Source: Amoeboradix gromovi X-113
Lineage: Eukaryota > Fungi > Sanchytriomycota
Reading direction: 5' to 3'
Length of the DNA: 9,841 bases
Assembly: GCA_018985225.1 (NCBI GenBank)
Contig: JADGIF010000373.1
Location: forward strand, 1-9,841
The translations under genes and the position numbers were made by a program. Position 1 is the stretch's first letter. Each line of letters starts with the position of its first letter. Of this stretch, positions 7,604 through 9,841 are shown piece by piece. The notes below the pieces were generated by a model. That model was not told where the DNA came from, ran no database searches, and worked only from the letters and a program-made list of their open reading frames with translations.

Positions 7604-8712
7604 GGCTTAGATCTTATTAAATTATAGAATATAAATAAATTTACTGCAATAGAATTTGACAAATAGCATTGTGGGACCTCTTTTGCAACAAGAGGAACCT
7701 ATTTTTGAATTACTCTTGTAGGAAAGTTTTGCCTCGCCTGTGGATTTCTTTTAATGTCAAGTATTATTGCTAGGTTGATTTCTCACGGATACCAAAAACT
7801 GAAAATCCTATTTTCATTGAATTGGAAATGAAACTATGGGGGTAATAAAATGTATGCAATCACAATAAATGGTTGATTTAGTCCCAAATGAGTTCCAGTT
7901 TTATTTTAAGAATCGATTCAAATCTTGCAAAGTTATACAACTCAATAAAAATTATCAAGCCCTTGACTCTGCTGAAAGGTGGAGAACAAATGCAAGCATA
8001 TTATTAAGACAGATAATAGGGCCGCTTTTAACTAATATTCTACAAGTCAAACTTATAGATATATCATAGAACGCGATGATTGTTAAACATAAAAATTGTC
8101 GAGAGCGGCTATTTCACTCCATTACTGCGCAATGTAGAGTTAATTACGAGCAGGCATTTGCGGATGCTACTTTGTTGGCGAGTTTGTTCCTCATGTTTCA
8201 TATGGGAAACGCAAGAAAAATGTGCCTGCCACATTCTTTCGAACACGGTGCGACTACTGTGTAGTTAACTATTACCCGCGTAAATTATTCTTCCATAATG
8301 CAACACCTGATGTTCTAAAGCGGATTGCCATTGCGTCATGATGTCAAAACTGATGTCTACAGAAAAAGTGCAATCTTTAAAGAAATATCGTTGCATTCAT
8401 CAACAATGGATCCGTGGGGATATATTATGCATATTGATAGGAACAGTTATTTAGAGCGATAGTGCTCTAAAAAGTCAATCGGCAGATAAACTATCAAATG
8501 GAGGTACGTAAAGACGGTATGGCATCAAGTAACAAGTACTCTTATTCAATCTCAGTTCAAAGTAGTGGAAGCGTGAGCCATGACCATAATGGAGTGATAG
8601 TTAATGCTAGTTTCTCTTTAGTGATCCTCGATTTTCTCGGAAATCAGGACCTCTAGCTTGTTTAAGGTTTTCAAGTAGTTCTCCAATATTTCCCCTGAAA
8701 TCAATTTCAAAC

Positions 8713-9522
8713 ATGGTAGCCCTAAATGATATGGGAGCTATTATAACAATATCAACTCTGTCGCTTATCCAGCTTATACTCGGCGTTATTTATTCCATGA
8801 ATGTCATGAGGAAAAAAGGTACTATTTTTTGGTTATGCGTTTCGTGTTTGGCATGCTGCAGTTTGCATATTTTGTTCATGATAATACCAGATAATGGCGG
8901 GCTGGATTGCGTTAGTGCTACAATATCTGAACTGACGCTCTTTCTATTGTATTCTCTCTATTTAGAGAGAATTAAATCTCTGGGCCATGTCCGTGTTAAA
9001 TATGATAGTTTAATATTTTTTGTGCCAATAACAGTAGTCACGATTCACATTGGACCTTCTGCTGCTTACATATTAGCTTCCCTTGAGCCTAAATACCGAG
9101 AATTGTTTCGAGTACTCAATTGTATTGTTTCCTTATTATTGTTGTTTTCAGAGTCATACTGCTTTGCCATACTAATTAAGAAAATGACTTTGATGATGGA
9201 ACTAAGAAACACTCTAAAAAAAGTTCTGGTTAAGCAGATTGTAACGGCTTATTGCATTACAATTTTAGGTGATGTTACAATAGTCGTTTTGAATTTTTAT
9301 GATCCGTTTTTTGGTGTTTCTTTAAGGTATGTCATGATATCATTCAAGGTGTTATTCGTTATAGACTATTATAGATACGTTGTTGCAGAGATGAATCGAG
9401 GCTCTGATTCTGGAATGATTTTGCAGTTGTTGGATGAGCAGCATGTTGAACAGGAACCCGCGGCATTTGGGAAGGAAGATCCGTCTTATCATCATCATTT
9501 TGATCAACAAATAAATTTATGA
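8713..9522 (+). CDS. Seven-transmembrane receptor-like membrane protein (269 aa), function unknown
   Basis: ATG-to-TGA ORF with seven hydrophobic segments (approx. residues 8-29, 37-58, 64-84, 99-122, 131-155, 171-195, 199-220). Basic loops follow TM1, TM3 and TM5 (N-out topology). YLERI ends TM3 (E/DRY-like position) and the C-tail is acidic. Confidence 0.78.
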   Translation: MVALNDMGAIITISTLSLIQLILGVIYSMNVMRKKGTIFWLCVSCLACCSLHILFMIIPDNGGLDCVSATISELTLFLLYSLYLERIKSLGHVRVKYDSLIFFVPITVVTIHIGPSAAYILASLEPKYRELFRVLNCIVSLLLLFSESYCFAILIKKMTLMMELRNTLKKVLVKQIVTAYCITILGDVTIVVLNFYDPFFGVSLRYVMISFKVLFVIDYYRYVVAEMNRGSDSGMILQLLDEQHVEQEPAAFGKEDPSYHHHFDQQINL

Positions 9523-9841
9523 GATAGAAGAAACCTGAAATTTTTAAACCACTTTATTTCAACTAATTGCAATCTTGCAGATAGACTGCGGCATTTTTTT
9601 GAAATTTTGCAACTAGCAACTTTGGGGTCACAAATGCCTGATGATTTCAGGTGCAATCGCGAGAGCGATATTCCCCAATGCTATACTTCTAGATTTGCAC
9701 CCAGCTGATTGATGTAATACTAATTTAACTTGACATCGTGAGGAAGGAAAATTCTTAATAAACCTACTCTGACCTGTCGGTTAGAATATAGGATAATATT
9801 GATATAGATGATTTACTATTTGTGCTTTAGAATGTAGAGTA

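Noticed and set aside
6679-7685. 11-nt direct repeat GACCTCTTTTG (6679-6689, 7675-7685) flanking the second DPBB gene, as a target-site duplication
   Set aside because: Multiple 11-mer matches are expected by chance in 10 kb of AT-rich DNA; no terminal repeats or transposase.
4821-8346. Recurrent TGATGTCA/TGACATCA (4821, 6942, 8339) as a shared bZIP regulon
   Set aside because: Picked post hoc, with inconsistent distances to genes; only the 6942 copy has supporting context.
8498-8656. 52-aa ORF (MEVRKDGMASSNKYSYSISV...) ending 56 nt before the second 7TM gene, as a uORF or small gene
   Set aside because: Length is within chance range and no motif is recognisable; would need transcript data.
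1-9841. Stop-codon reassignment (TAA/TAG = Gln) as an explanation for the interrupted frames
   Set aside because: The Gln-rich kinesin and the other genes contain no internal TAA/TAG, and the first DPBB gene ends at TAA exactly at the domain end.

Overview
AT-rich, compact, apparently intron-free eukaryotic DNA in the standard genetic code, most consistent with an early-diverging (zoosporic) fungus; the taxon is inferred. Six protein genes are supportable: the 3' end of a single-pass membrane glycoprotein (1-492 +), a divergent 7TM receptor-like protein (763-1593 -), a kinesin-7 Kip2/KipA/CENP-E-type motor (2203-3987 -), two tandem secreted RlpA-like double-psi beta-barrel (expansin/loosenin-like) paralogues (5572-6144 +, 7049-7603 +), and a second 7TM protein (8713-9522 +). 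The most notable observations: (1) the first 7TM protein aligns by eye to class A GPCR landmarks and has a Lys at the opsin retinal-binding position 7.43; (2) the two DPBB paralogues share an invariant ENDGYTNQ loop with only synonymous DNA changes but carry oppositely charged appendages; (3) their upstream regions contain perfect CArG boxes and a triple GATCTGTGC motif before a TATA box. Some spacers contain stop-interrupted, protein-like frames that may be gene relics. No RNA genes, CRISPR arrays or recognisable mobile elements were seen. All assignments come from reading motifs by eye; no searches were run.
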